This document shows, one piece after another, positions 48,262 through 58,607 of a stretch of 64,000 nucleotides of DNA. A program made the position numbers and the translations under genes. How positions within the stretch are numbered: position 1 is the first letter of the stretch; each line of letters opens with the position of its first letter. The DNA is from a virus (lineage: Duplodnaviria; Heunggongvirae; Uroviricota; Caudoviricetes), in IMG/VR virus record IMGVR_UViG_3300031963_000024, positions 69,753 through 133,752 of that record; one strand, given 5' to 3'. The notes under the pieces are model-generated. The model was not told where the DNA came from. It worked only from the letters and a program-made list of their open reading frames with translations, and did not search any database.

Positions 48262-50199
48262 TTATTTATTTGTTTGTGTAGTATCAGCATTGATAAATAA
48301 ATTCTTTTCATCTGGTTTTAATTCAACATCAAACATACCTGATAAATCAATTTCATTATCCATATTATTAATTGTTGTGTCTAAACCATTTGTAATTTTT
48401 TCTAAGAAAGTATTATATTCATTTTTAGCGGTGTTTTCTTTTATCTTATTAATAATCTTTCTTTTTTCCTTAATATCATCAAGAATTTCTTTAGCGTTAT
48501 TGAATTTTTTTTCGGTAAATAACTTTTCAAAATTTGTTTTTAATTGATTTTGTTCATTTTCTGTTAGGGTCTGGTCCGCAGACAATGAGTTAAAGATTAA
48601 ATCAAACATTTCCAATCTAGTTTTAGATTGTATTTCTGCATCATCCAATGTATCCCAAAGAGAATATAAGGCTAATCCTGTTACACCAAGTTCAGCACCT
48701 ATTTTTTGACCAATTATGTTAGATTTAACAGGACTTGATTTTACAAGTTCTTTAATTTTATTCTGTGCGTTTATATTTTTTACTGAATTTATTACCTTTT
48801 CTAAATTACCTGTTTTTGATAACGCATCCATTATTTTTAACTCTTCGTCAGTCAATGTTTTGAATACATTTGCAACATCACTTTTTGTAGCGTTTGCAAA
48901 CTTTTTGGCCAAGTTTGTGGCCTCCGAAGGACTAACTTTAATACCAAATGATGCAAATGGTGTAAATGCAAGTATGGTACTTAACAAAGCTCCCGCAGAA
49001 TCACCTGAATCTGATTGTATTTTTGCTGCAACTAAATCTAAACCAAGAGATGCTAAATAAGCAATTAAATTACCTTTACCAAGTACGCTAACAATTATGG
49101 AAACCCCATTTAGTATTAAAGGACCATATTCTTCAATAAATGATGCATTACCATATCTTAATTTATCGTAAGGAATTAATTTATCATTTGATTTGAAATA
49201 ATATTTTTTTGATATTTCGTAATTTCCTTCGTTATTTACATATAAATTTTTTTTCCAAACATATTCATCATATGGTGGTGGTAGTATAAAATCTTTTACA
49301 GTATCTTTAATTTTACTAAATATCAATTGATATAAATCACCATTTTTAGGTGCGTTACCTGATTGATAAAGTCCTTTAGGTGAATTTGTAAAACGTCTTA
49401 ATTCATCATCTGTCAATTTGGTTATAAATGATTTTTTAATTGAGTCTACCGAATTAAAATCTTCGTAAGTAAAATAACTAACTTTACTATTTTTTGGTAG
49501 GTCAACATCACCATATTCATTAAAGGATGCAAATTTTGTTTTACCATATTTATCATTCAATTTTTTAACCTCTTGGCAGTACTCGGGATAGTACGCACAG
49601 CTACCCGAATTTTTTTGATATTGTATAATATAATCATCCAATTCTTTTCCTGATAAACCACTCCCATATGGTGAAACCATTTTTTTGGTACCAACACCAA
49701 ATTGTTTTTTTAGTTCGGCTAATTCTCTTTGATATAAAGATTCAATATTTTTAAGTTGTTCTTTTTGTTTTAAAACCGGTGTTAATTTTTCTTGTTGTTT
49801 TGGGTCATACTCAGGAAATTGTTGTTGGAATCTTCCACCTGGTCCTAAGTAGTCTGATTGAGGTATTTGAGGCTTTTCAAATTTTGGAATTTGAGTTGTT
49901 TGTGTTTTTGGCATCTGAGAAACAATTTTATTAATGTTTCTTCCTGCCAATGCTGTTTGAATTTTATTAAAATCAGCGGTTTGTGGGTATTGATTATTTG
50001 TAATGTTTGGGTATATATCTTTTGCTGGTATGTTTGAGTTGTTAGTTCCAGGATACCCAACCAATTTACCTGATGGTGTGTAATAATATCCACCTTGTTC
50101 CAATATTATTTCTCTGTTTTCAGAAAGCGTTTTTGAAGAATCATACCTCATACAAAGTAAAATTTCATTTAATATGTCTTGTGGATTCTGATTACTCAT
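48262..50199 (-). CDS. Hypothetical large protein
   Basis: 645-aa ORF. Confidence 0.4.
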   Translation of the reverse strand: MSNQNPQDILNEILLCMRYDSSKTLSENREIILEQGGYYYTPSGKLVGYPGTNNSNIPAKDIYPNITNNQYPQTADFNKIQTALAGRNINKIVSQMPKTQTTQIPKFEKPQIPQSDYLGPGGRFQQQFPEYDPKQQEKLTPVLKQKEQLKNIESLYQRELAELKKQFGVGTKKMVSPYGSGLSGKELDDYIIQYQKNSGSCAYYPEYCQEVKKLNDKYGKTKFASFNEYGDVDLPKNSKVSYFTYEDFNSVDSIKKSFITKLTDDELRRFTNSPKGLYQSGNAPKNGDLYQLIFSKIKDTVKDFILPPPYDEYVWKKNLYVNNEGNYEISKKYYFKSNDKLIPYDKLRYGNASFIEEYGPLILNGVSIIVSVLGKGNLIAYLASLGLDLVAAKIQSDSGDSAGALLSTILAFTPFASFGIKVSPSEATNLAKKFANATKSDVANVFKTLTDEELKIMDALSKTGNLEKVINSVKNINAQNKIKELVKSSPVKSNIIGQKIGAELGVTGLALYSLWDTLDDAEIQSKTRLEMFDLIFNSLSADQTLTENEQNQLKTNFEKLFTEKKFNNAKEILDDIKEKRKIINKIKENTAKNEYNTFLEKITNGLDTTINNMDNEIDLSGMFDVELKPDEKNLFINADTTQTNK

Positions 50200-50543
50200 T
50201 ATAGTAATGTATTACCTTTACCTCTTTTAGTTCCTGATTCCCATTTGGTAACACCAATTTGATTAGATTTACTTCTTGTTAATCCTGATTCCCATTTAGT
50301 GGTTCCAACAGGATTTGCTTTACCTCTTGACACACCTGATTCCCATTTGGTTACTGATGGGTATCCTTTTCCACCTTCCGCTCCTCCCGATGAACTTGAA
50401 GATGAAGAACTTGACGAAGGTGTTGATGGTTCTGATGGTGTAGAAGCCGCAGCTGGTTCAGCGGCAGGTTCTTCATCCTCTACCATCATCAGTTGTTTAA
50501 TTCTTTTCAATTCCTCGTTAAGCATTACCAATAAATACAACAA
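50199..50543 (-). CDS. Hypothetical protein with poly-Ser linker and three tandem 17-aa TKWESG repeats
   Basis: Three tandem repeats: VTKWESGVSRGKANPVG / TTKWESGLTRSKSNQIG / VTKWESGTKRGKGNTLL. Preceded by an S10 run. Confidence 0.4.
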   Translation of the reverse strand: MLYLLVMLNEELKRIKQLMMVEDEEPAAEPAAASTPSEPSTPSSSSSSSSSSGGAEGGKGYPSVTKWESGVSRGKANPVGTTKWESGLTRSKSNQIGVTKWESGTKRGKGNTLL

Positions 50544-50552
50544 TATTGTATA

Positions 50553-50885
50553 TTATTCGTATTCTGCGGGTGGAATTTTGTCAGGGTAAACAATATAAAA
50601 TTCATTTAGAAATGACATAAGTTCATCTTCATCCAAATATTCAGGGAACTCGTTGTTAATTTCTAATGAATCTTCTTCAAATAACCAGTCAGTAACTGGC
50701 GCTAAGTAATCGTATCCAAACTCTTCAAAGAAGTTGTTTTCAATTACATCTGTCCTAACCATGTCTTCTTCATCATTCATTAATCTAAAGGTGACTTCAG
50801 TAATGTTTTCGGATTGGTGGTAGGAAATAATTTCTACTATTTCCATTTTGTTTTGTTGTAAAAAATATTTATCTTTGCTTATCAA
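50553..50885 (-). CDS. Hypothetical acidic protein
   Basis: 110-aa ORF. Confidence 0.4.
   Translation of the reverse strand: MISKDKYFLQQNKMEIVEIISYHQSENITEVTFRLMNDEEDMVRTDVIENNFFEEFGYDYLAPVTDWLFEEDSLEINNEFPEYLDEDELMSFLNEFYIVYPDKIPPAEYE
50870..50877 (+). promoter_or_regulatory. Sigma-A-type -7 element (TATCTTTG)
   Basis: ATATTTATCTTTGCTTATC, about 50 nt upstream of the + ORF at 50929. Confidence 0.45.
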
Positions 50886-50928
50886 AATATCTTAATAATT
50901 TACAAAAGACACATTAAACCAAAAAAAT

Positions 50929-51141
50929 ATGTTATTTAAAAAAACTAAAACCGAACCAAATTTGATTGAATTTCGTAAAGCTTGTGTTGTTATTAACTCT
51001 TGTAAGACCTATGCTCAATTAAAAATTGCAATTAATTATGCAAATCTTTATTACGTCAAAAATAAAGATTTTACCACCCACCAACATTTAATGAAATTGG
51101 TGTCCAAAAAACTTCAAGAAACGAAATTAGTTAAAGTTTGA
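50929..51141 (+). CDS. Hypothetical small protein
   Basis: 70-aa ORF downstream of the promoter motif. Confidence 0.35.
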   Translation: MLFKKTKTEPNLIEFRKACVVINSCKTYAQLKIAINYANLYYVKNKDFTTHQHLMKLVSKKLQETKLVKV

Positions 51142-51831
51142 GAATCTCTTGAACCAATTCAAAGATTCTTTAATTGAATCTTTAACTTTTTCAGGATTTT
51201 CAACACCCTCAAAAGTATTTGTTGCGCCATAAGGACCTGGTGAATCAAATTCGTATGCTGGTTTTTCTTCAGGGTACATTTCTTTACCATCTTCCATGTC
51301 GCCGTTGAGTTTTACCATTCCTAAAAAATTTCCATCAGAATCATAAGAAGGAAATAATTCCTCACCACCAGCTTGCATGTCTTCATCTTCAAATTGTTCA
51401 GGTCCTTTTGAATCAAAATCATAATTAGAAAAATCAATTTCAGAATAAGGTTCAGTAATATCTTCATTCATGTAACTTTCACCACACACTTCGCAAACAT
51501 CTTCTTGAATAGAACCACCACACGCTTCACACATTTTGTTCTCAACGTAATCAAACGAACCGTAGTGTGGTTCAGCAACATCACTATTCATTGATTCATT
51601 AATACCCACATTGGTATATCGTTTAACTTCACCTTTGTTATTAACAGTGATTCCCGCTTTATCACCAGCAGGGTCATAAGTATGAATTCTATTGTCAGGT
51701 TCAGGGAATCTTAATGTTTGATAACCATCATATGGTCTGCTATGTTGGTTTAATAGGGCTTGTTTTTCTTCATCAGAAATGTTTAACATGTATCTCATAC
51801 ACAATAAATATCTTATTTGTTTAAAATCCAC
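51127..51831 (-). CDS. Hypothetical protein with CxxC...CxxC zinc ribbon
   Basis: Contains CEACGGSIQEDVCEVCG. Confidence 0.4.
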   Translation of the reverse strand: MDFKQIRYLLCMRYMLNISDEEKQALLNQHSRPYDGYQTLRFPEPDNRIHTYDPAGDKAGITVNNKGEVKRYTNVGINESMNSDVAEPHYGSFDYVENKMCEACGGSIQEDVCEVCGESYMNEDITEPYSEIDFSNYDFDSKGPEQFEDEDMQAGGEELFPSYDSDGNFLGMVKLNGDMEDGKEMYPEEKPAYEFDSPGPYGATNTFEGVENPEKVKDSIKESLNWFKRFSNFN

Positions 51832-51963
51832 TTGATTATAATTTTAATCTTTATTACAATTTCACTACAGGGTAAGGAAATGGTGATTTGAGTCTAAAAG
51901 CATCTTGGTAATTTGTAAAAGCCCTAAATTCCATTTCCCCCTTTTTTTGACCGAAAAAAACAA

Positions 51964-52359
51964 ATGAAAAATATATTTCTATCCCTATTATTGTTGTTAT
52001 CAACAAGTCTATTTGGTCAATACACGACCACACAAATCCGAACAAATACGGTATCAACATCAAAAATGATATTCAACTATCAAACTGATAAATGGGATTT
52101 TGTATCAAACAATGATTACACATCATTTGTTAGTGATTGGACTTTCAACATAACTGATGAAAACACAGGAATGATTTCAAATGGTGGTGTCAATTATGAT
52201 ATCTTATCATATTCAAAAGTTGATGATGCCGCTTACGTCAAAGTATTCAACACTAGAGCTCAAAGAGTCATGGAAATAGTTATAAGAAAAACTGAAAATG
52301 GTCTTGGTATTGTTGTATTTGATAAGGAACAAAGAATATCATATTATTTTTTCCCATGA
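51964..52359 (+). CDS. Hypothetical secreted protein
   Basis: N-terminal signal peptide MKNIFLSLLLLLSTSLFGQ. Confidence 0.4.
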   Translation: MKNIFLSLLLLLSTSLFGQYTTTQIRTNTVSTSKMIFNYQTDKWDFVSNNDYTSFVSDWTFNITDENTGMISNGGVNYDILSYSKVDDAAYVKVFNTRAQRVMEIVIRKTENGLGIVVFDKEQRISYYFFP

Positions 52360-52652
52360 GTTTTACAATAGATTTAGATGAATATGCCGAAGGTGCCATT
52401 TTGTTAGATGGACTTGAGGAGGCAATTATTGGAATTGTTGAGGAATTTGGAAATGGTAGACGAATCTTATATTCTAAACCAAAAATACTATCAATATTAT
52501 GTGAAAGAGATTTGATGACAATGGGTGAGGCCGAAGAATTTTACGATTATAACATTTTAGGTTTACATGCTGGTGAACAAAATGCGGTATTCCTTGATGT
52601 TGATGTGTCCGTAAAAAAAACAGGAGAAGGTTACAAGTATTTGGTTAGTTAA
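52356..52652 (+). CDS. Hypothetical protein
   Basis: ATGA-coupled ORF. Confidence 0.35.
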   Translation: MSFTIDLDEYAEGAILLDGLEEAIIGIVEEFGNGRRILYSKPKILSILCERDLMTMGEAEEFYDYNILGLHAGEQNAVFLDVDVSVKKTGEGYKYLVS

Positions 52653-52663
52653 AATTTTAATAC

Positions 52664-52671
52664 TATCTTTG
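52664..52671 (+). promoter_or_regulatory. Sigma-A-type -7 element (TATCTTTG), leaderless configuration
   Basis: ACTATCTTTGTGGTATG. The ATG at 52676 is about 5 nt after the motif. Confidence 0.5.
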
Positions 52672-52675
52672 TGGT

Positions 52676-53326
52676 ATGAAATTGATTTTAGAAAAAGGTC
52701 AGCAGTTATTTTTCACGAGTGATACACATTATTCTCACTCTAATATCTGCCGTGCAACAACTCGTTGGGCTGGTTCTGAAAACTTAACCCGTGATTTCAA
52801 GTCTCTTGACCACATGAATGACACATTGGTAAATAACATCAACGAAATGGTTGGTGAAAATGATGTTTTGATTCACTTAGGTGACTGGTCTTTTGGCGGG
52901 TTTGAACAAATTGAAGAGTTTCGTAACAGAATTTTATGTAAAAATGTTCACTTGGTTTATGGAAACCACGACCATCACATTCGTAGAAACAAAGAGAATG
53001 TTCAAAGTTTGTTCACATCAACTCAAGATTATATCCACTTGGATTTAAGAATCCCAAACGGAAAAGAAATGGACAAACTTTCAATTGTATGTATGCACTA
53101 CCCAATTGCAAGTTGGAACGGAATGAACGATGGTGTAATTCACTTACACGGTCACGTTCACTTACCTCCACACCTTAGAATTAACGATGGTAAGGCAATG
53201 GACGTGGGTGTTGATGGTAACAACTTGTATCCAATTAACATCAAAGAAATTCGTTCAATTATGAAAGACCGACCACACAAAAAATTGACATTACCTAAAG
53301 ACCATCACGAAAAAAGAATTGACTAA
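52676..53326 (+). CDS. Calcineurin-like metallophosphoesterase (candidate RNA 2',3'-cyclic/3'-phosphatase)
   Basis: MPE motifs: TSDTHYSH, LGDWSFGG, GNHDHH, MHYP, GHVH. Confidence 0.65.
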   Translation: MKLILEKGQQLFFTSDTHYSHSNICRATTRWAGSENLTRDFKSLDHMNDTLVNNINEMVGENDVLIHLGDWSFGGFEQIEEFRNRILCKNVHLVYGNHDHHIRRNKENVQSLFTSTQDYIHLDLRIPNGKEMDKLSIVCMHYPIASWNGMNDGVIHLHGHVHLPPHLRINDGKAMDVGVDGNNLYPINIKEIRSIMKDRPHKKLTLPKDHHEKRID

Positions 53327-53759
53327 TATGACAACTTATACATCAGCAGGAAAAAACCTTTATCTATTACGTGGAATACCAGGGGCTGGTAAATCCACCT
53401 TGGCAAAACAACTTGGTTGTACTCATTTTGAGACCGATAAATATTTTACGGATATTCATGGAAACTACAATTTTGATGGATTAAAATTAAAACAAGCACA
53501 TGAGTGGTGTCAATCTCAAGTTGAGATGGCAATGATTCAAAATCATATTACAAGTGGTTTGGATTCATCTGACATTGTTGTTTCCAACACATTTACACAA
53601 GAGTGGGAAATGAAACATTACTATGATTTGGCAAGTCAATATGGGTATAAGGTATTCAGTATAATTGTGGAAAACAGGCATGGTGGTGTTAATGAACACG
53701 GAGTACCTGAGGACAAATTACAGGCAATGAAAGACCGATTTGAAGTTAAATTAGTTTAA
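53319..53759 (+). CDS. P-loop kinase, T4 polynucleotide-kinase-like
   Basis: Walker A motif GIPGAGKSTLAKQL is similar to the T4 Pnk GCPGSGKST. 146 aa. The start overlaps the MPE gene by 8 nt. Confidence 0.55.
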   Translation: MTNMTTYTSAGKNLYLLRGIPGAGKSTLAKQLGCTHFETDKYFTDIHGNYNFDGLKLKQAHEWCQSQVEMAMIQNHITSGLDSSDIVVSNTFTQEWEMKHYYDLASQYGYKVFSIIVENRHGGVNEHGVPEDKLQAMKDRFEVKLV

Positions 53760-53775
53760 TAAAAATAACTATTTA

Positions 53776-53807
53776 AAATCCCCATCAAAAGTGGGGATTT
53801 TTTTTAC
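53776..53807 (+). terminator. Rho-independent terminator
   Basis: AAAATCCCCAT-CAAAAG-TGGGGATTTTTTTT. Confidence 0.7.
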
Positions 53808-53853
53808 ACTCAGAATACCTTTTTGTACATAATATTGTCTATACTTATAAGAT

Positions 53854-56800
53854 ATGAAAAAATTATTACTTTTAATGATGTTCTTGTTCAGTTTTTTAAC
53901 TGTTCAGGCAACCCACATGATGGGTGCAGATGTTTCCTACAAATGTTTAGGAAATGGAAAGTACAAAATAATTGCTAAAGTTTACCGAGATTGTAGAGGT
54001 GTGTCTATGGGTACACCGTCATTTGGCACTTATGCAGGATTAAATGGTGGAAATGGATGTGGTAGTTACACATTAAGTGGACTATCAAGGGTTTCAATTA
54101 AAGACGTAACAACAAGATGTTCAACAAGTAGTAATCCATGTGGTACCGCAAATTCCGCCTTTGCGAATAAAGGTGTTGAAGAACACACATTTGAAGCCAC
54201 GATTGATTTTAATACGTCACCATTAAACAATTTTGTAAATAAATCAACATGTTGTGAGGTTACATTTTATGTGAATGAGTGCTGTAGAAATGGTGGTATT
54301 ACAACAGGACAGTCAAATCAAAACTTTTACGCCACGGCAATGGTTAACATTTGTAACCTTCAAAAAATGAAGAACAAGTGTAACAGTTCACCACAATTAT
54401 CTAACCCACCTATTGCCTTTTTATGTTGTAATCAACCTTGGTATTACAATAATGGTGCGACTGACACAATAGATTATGATTCAATTTCATATAAGTTAGT
54501 AAATGGGCTTCAGGGTATTCCTAACAGTTCAGTTTCATATTCATCACCATTTACTGCTAGAGTGCCTATGACACCGTATTGTGTACCACCAACGACAATT
54601 AACTGTACACCAAACCCAAAAACAAACCCACCAAGAGGTTTTTATTTTGATACAACAAATGGTGATATTATTACAACACCAACCAAATGTGATGAATCTG
54701 CGGTTATATGTGTTGAACAAACTGAATGGAGAAAAGACACGTCTGGTGTATGGCGTGTAATTGGTAGAACAAGACGTGACATGCAGGTATGGGTTAGGGA
54801 TGATTGTGGATATAACAAAGCACCGACTTTGGGTCCCAAGTTTACTTACAAAGTATGTGAGGGTGAAACTTTGAAGTTTAAGGTTGAATCTGATGATGAA
54901 ACTTTTACACCATATCAGACAACTCCTGATACAACAACAATGAAATGGAACAACGGTATTCCTGGCGCGAAGTTTACATTGGCGAATAAGAGTGATTGGC
55001 CAGAAAAAAGAAAGTCTTACGCAAACTTTGAATGGACACCGCCAATTGGTTCGGCTTCTGATATATCATATTCATTTACAGTTACCGTTAGTGACGAACA
55101 CTGTGAACCACCAGCAACATCAATTCGTTCATTTAAGATTAAGGTAAATCCAAAACCTACATCAAAACGTAGATATACCCAATTAAAATGTGGAAGGTTC
55201 GCCATGGAAGCGTATGAGTTATATGCCGCAACAAGTTATTCATGGAGTGTTAGAGATACTTTGGCGAACGAGTTATTTTACTCTTCAAAGAAAACCGATA
55301 CCATGAATTACTATTATGAAGGTAAGTATATTATCATTCATAAATTAACAAGTGCCCAATCATGTGTTACGATTTATAGTGATACCGTTTATTTAACCCA
55401 ACCACCAAAAGTTGTATTGGCAGATGCTGATAGTTTTGCTTGTAAAGAAACTACATTTACATTGAAGGCTAAAGTAATTGCTGGTAAACCTACTTTGAAA
55501 TACAAATGGAATAATGGTGATACCACCGATTTCACAACGATTAAAAACTTCAAATCTGATTCAACGTTGATGTTGGAAGTAACTGATGGTGATGGTTGTA
55601 AGTTCCGTGATACCACATTAACATTTGTTAAACCACTACCTGTTATTACTTTCGGTTCAGATAAGGTTATCTGTACGTATGAAACTAATACATTTGATGG
55701 TCAAAACAATGACACGGTAAAATACTTGTGGAGTACGGGTGATACAACTCGTTACATGACAACAAACCTAAAAGGTAGTTATTGGGTTAGAATTACTGAT
55801 ACGACATATCAGTGTGTGAAGTATGACACGGCAATACTTGTTGTGAATGATACTGTCATATCTAATGCTGGACCTAACCAATCAATATGTGATAAAGATA
55901 CATTCACCTTGACTGCCAATCATAAACCAACATCATTGACTCCTACATATACTTGGGGTGGATTAGGGAATTTATCAACCTATAAGTTAAAATCTGATAT
56001 TACAAAGTTAACTTATATGTTTACATTGAAGACGGTGTTGACTCAAAACGGGCACACTTGTGAAGATATGGATACAATTTTTGTAAGGGTTAAACCATTA
56101 CCAAAAATTGGTTGGGACCCAAAACCATTGAAACCTCAATGTTATTCTTATGGTAGTGTATGGATGGAACCATTCTTGGTTAAACCTCATAACTTTGGAA
56201 CATATGAAATATGGAGCGGAAACAAAAATAAAATAGGAAACATTGTTACGAATCCATCTAACGGAAGGTTCCTATTCAACACAATATCAGTAGATAATAG
56301 TAAATTACAAGGAGGTAATAACTTTACTACAAAAGTTTATGTTAAGTTTAACGATACAAATGGTTGTTCAAACATGGATTCAACAACACAAACAATATAT
56401 GGTACACCCATTATCCAATTAAGAAAGGCGACAGTATGTCAAGATATTGGGTCAATGATGATGGACAATTTGAGAGTAAGACCAGCAACCAAAAATGGTG
56501 TGAACATGTTATGGGAAGTTGTTAGAGCACCTAATGGTGTGGACACATCTAAACTACTTTATAATATTTCTACGAACTCAATTCCAAACATTAGATTTAA
56601 CTTTGGTGCACCTTCACAGGATTATTACAAAGGTTTGTACACTTTCAAACTTACCGTTAAAGATTTAATTACGGGTTGTCAAAGTACCGACACTGTTGAT
56701 GTAAATATCATTACAGAACCTAAAGTTGAATTGACAACCATACCTCTTTATTGTGAAAATTCAGGTGTGAGTATTAATTTATTTGATTACATTTTGGTGG

Positions 56801-58389
56801 ATGGTGTTAAACCTACTCAAGGTACCATCTTTATTCAGGATAGGAATGGTGATAGAAATGACCCTAAAGTATCTACAGATATATCAACAGGTATATTCAA
56901 AACTAGTATAGGTGTAGGTAATTATAACATTAAGTTTGTAAGTAACCTTATAGCTCCTGACCATTCAGTTACTTGTTCAAGAGTGGATAGTTTTGATGTG
57001 ATTATTAGTTATAAACCTGACCTGAAAGTAATAGGTATGGGTTTTTGTTCAACATATCCTTGGCCATATGAATTGAAAAATGTAATAACCGATGGTAGTT
57101 GGGGTGTGACAAAAATCACTTACCCTGATGGGGGACTTTTTACACCAACACCGAAGGCTAAAGGATATATCGGAGGTTTTAATAATCCTTACAAACTTAT
57201 GATGGTTGGTGAAAGTCAATATGGTTGTAAAGATACTGAGATATTAAAACTAACAGTAATGAACCAACCTGAAATTAAGTTTGTTCCACCATTTGTGAGT
57301 TGTGGTAAAGATACTTGGACTCTAAAATTAGACACTGCAAACATTGACTCCGCAGTTAAATTCAGATGGGTAGTTAATACTAATCTTTATGATACTCTAA
57401 CACCTCCTGGTGGTCAAATGATTGGTAACAAAAGAGGTTTTGGTAAAAAACAATACGTACCATCTGATAATGATACTGCAAGAGGATACTTTACGGTTAA
57501 ATTCAAATCTTGGGACGCACCACTTTGTGCTAGAGTAATTGACAGTGTCAAGATTTTAATCACACCTTATCCTGAACCTGACTTCACCACAACAAATGGA
57601 TGTCAACCACATTTTTCAACATTCACACCGACTGAAAAACGCGGAATTAAATCAATTGAGTATTCGTGGGTTGTAAATGATACATTCTTACTAAGAGATA
57701 ATTTTAGTTGGTCAAAAACTTTTAATAACTTTGGTTATTATAGAACATCATTAACAGCGGTTAATAACACGTTCTTTCCTGAAAAGATATGTGGAACATC
57801 TATAACAAAAACATTTGAAGTTTATCCAAAACCAAGTGTTGTGTTTACTACTGACCCATTGTACAAAACAACGGTGGCATTACCTAAGTTTAAAACTATT
57901 AATACATCAAGTGTTAGTCAGAATCCATTTGTGACTAATATGAAGTACAATTGGACTTGGGGTAAATTATTTAAGATTGGTAGTGATACATTTAAGAATT
58001 CAAACATTGTATTTGGTAAAGATACGGGAACTTATTGGATTAAGTTAGTTGTTACAACAGATAAAGGATGTAAAGACTCAACAATTAGTAGAGTACTAAT
58101 TGGGCCTGACATAATTGTGTTTGTTCCTGACGCTTTCACACCTGACAATGCAGGTCCAAATGAAAACAATACATTCAAACCATTCGTTATTAATAATAAA
58201 ACATACGAAATGTTAATCTTTAACCGTTGGGGAGAAAAAATGTTTGAAACAACTGACCTTTCAAAAGGATGGGATGGAAACTATTTGGGTAAACCAGCAC
58301 CCGATGGTGTATATGTGTATAAGATGATTGTAACTTCATTGGAAGATAAGGTTTTCCAATATAATGGAACTTTTACATTATTAAGATAA
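53854..58389 (+). CDS. SprB-repeat adhesin-like protein with signal peptide and T9SS type-B (gliding motility-associated) C-terminal sorting domain
   Basis: Signal peptide MKKLLLLMMFLFSFLTVQA. Cys-rich N-terminal domain. Several degenerate SprB-like repeats (KYKWNNGDTTDFTTIKNFKSDSTLMLEVTDGDGCKF; KYLWSTGDTTRYMTTNLKGSYWVRITDTTYQCVKY; KYNWTWGK...TYWIKLVVTTDKGCKD). C-terminal 90 aa VPDAFTPDNAGPNENNTFKPF...IFNRWGEKMFETTDLSKGWDGNYLGKPAPDGVYVYKMIV matches the TIGR04131/CHU_C T9SS CTD-B consensus. Confidence 0.8.
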   Translation: MKKLLLLMMFLFSFLTVQATHMMGADVSYKCLGNGKYKIIAKVYRDCRGVSMGTPSFGTYAGLNGGNGCGSYTLSGLSRVSIKDVTTRCSTSSNPCGTANSAFANKGVEEHTFEATIDFNTSPLNNFVNKSTCCEVTFYVNECCRNGGITTGQSNQNFYATAMVNICNLQKMKNKCNSSPQLSNPPIAFLCCNQPWYYNNGATDTIDYDSISYKLVNGLQGIPNSSVSYSSPFTARVPMTPYCVPPTTINCTPNPKTNPPRGFYFDTTNGDIITTPTKCDESAVICVEQTEWRKDTSGVWRVIGRTRRDMQVWVRDDCGYNKAPTLGPKFTYKVCEGETLKFKVESDDETFTPYQTTPDTTTMKWNNGIPGAKFTLANKSDWPEKRKSYANFEWTPPIGSASDISYSFTVTVSDEHCEPPATSIRSFKIKVNPKPTSKRRYTQLKCGRFAMEAYELYAATSYSWSVRDTLANELFYSSKKTDTMNYYYEGKYIIIHKLTSAQSCVTIYSDTVYLTQPPKVVLADADSFACKETTFTLKAKVIAGKPTLKYKWNNGDTTDFTTIKNFKSDSTLMLEVTDGDGCKFRDTTLTFVKPLPVITFGSDKVICTYETNTFDGQNNDTVKYLWSTGDTTRYMTTNLKGSYWVRITDTTYQCVKYDTAILVVNDTVISNAGPNQSICDKDTFTLTANHKPTSLTPTYTWGGLGNLSTYKLKSDITKLTYMFTLKTVLTQNGHTCEDMDTIFVRVKPLPKIGWDPKPLKPQCYSYGSVWMEPFLVKPHNFGTYEIWSGNKNKIGNIVTNPSNGRFLFNTISVDNSKLQGGNNFTTKVYVKFNDTNGCSNMDSTTQTIYGTPIIQLRKATVCQDIGSMMMDNLRVRPATKNGVNMLWEVVRAPNGVDTSKLLYNISTNSIPNIRFNFGAPSQDYYKGLYTFKLTVKDLITGCQSTDTVDVNIITEPKVELTTIPLYCENSGVSINLFDYILVDGVKPTQGTIFIQDRNGDRNDPKVSTDISTGIFKTSIGVGNYNIKFVSNLIAPDHSVTCSRVDSFDVIISYKPDLKVIGMGFCSTYPWPYELKNVITDGSWGVTKITYPDGGLFTPTPKAKGYIGGFNNPYKLMMVGESQYGCKDTEILKLTVMNQPEIKFVPPFVSCGKDTWTLKLDTANIDSAVKFRWVVNTNLYDTLTPPGGQMIGNKRGFGKKQYVPSDNDTARGYFTVKFKSWDAPLCARVIDSVKILITPYPEPDFTTTNGCQPHFSTFTPTEKRGIKSIEYSWVVNDTFLLRDNFSWSKTFNNFGYYRTSLTAVNNTFFPEKICGTSITKTFEVYPKPSVVFTTDPLYKTTVALPKFKTINTSSVSQNPFVTNMKYNWTWGKLFKIGSDTFKNSNIVFGKDTGTYWIKLVVTTDKGCKDSTISRVLIGPDIIVFVPDAFTPDNAGPNENNTFKPFVINNKTYEMLIFNRWGEKMFETTDLSKGWDGNYLGKPAPDGVYVYKMIVTSLEDKVFQYNGTFTLLR

Positions 58390-58390
58390 T

Positions 58391-58597
58391 ATGAAGCTAC
58401 ATAAAATAATTTTGGCATGTATTTTATTAGTAGGGTGTGAAAAAGAACCAATACAAATAAACCCACCTAAAATTTTAAATAATTACCAAAATGAAGTTAA
58501 AACAATTTCTAAACCTAATTCAAAAAAGCGTAAATTGGGTAAAAGAACATTCCGTATTCCAAAAATTCTAAAAACAAAAACTAAAAACTATTTATAA
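58391..58597 (+). CDS. Small basic lipoprotein
   Basis: Lipobox ILLVGC followed by EKEPI. 68 aa, K/R-rich. Confidence 0.45.
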   Translation: MKLHKIILACILLVGCEKEPIQINPPKILNNYQNEVKTISKPNSKKRKLGKRTFRIPKILKTKTKNYL

Positions 58598-58607
58598 ATA
58601 AAAAAAC

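Noticed and set aside
51854-52063. 69-aa minus-strand ORF
   Set aside because: It overlaps the start of the + strand signal-peptide protein (51964-52359). The + ORF has a coherent signal peptide, so the minus ORF is judged spurious.
21967-58600. TATAAATA as T4-type late promoters (also at 25408, 31899, 45592 and 48245)
   Set aside because: The genome is AT-rich and several copies are expected by chance. Most copies are in the wrong orientation for adjacent genes. It is reported only as a low-interest lead.
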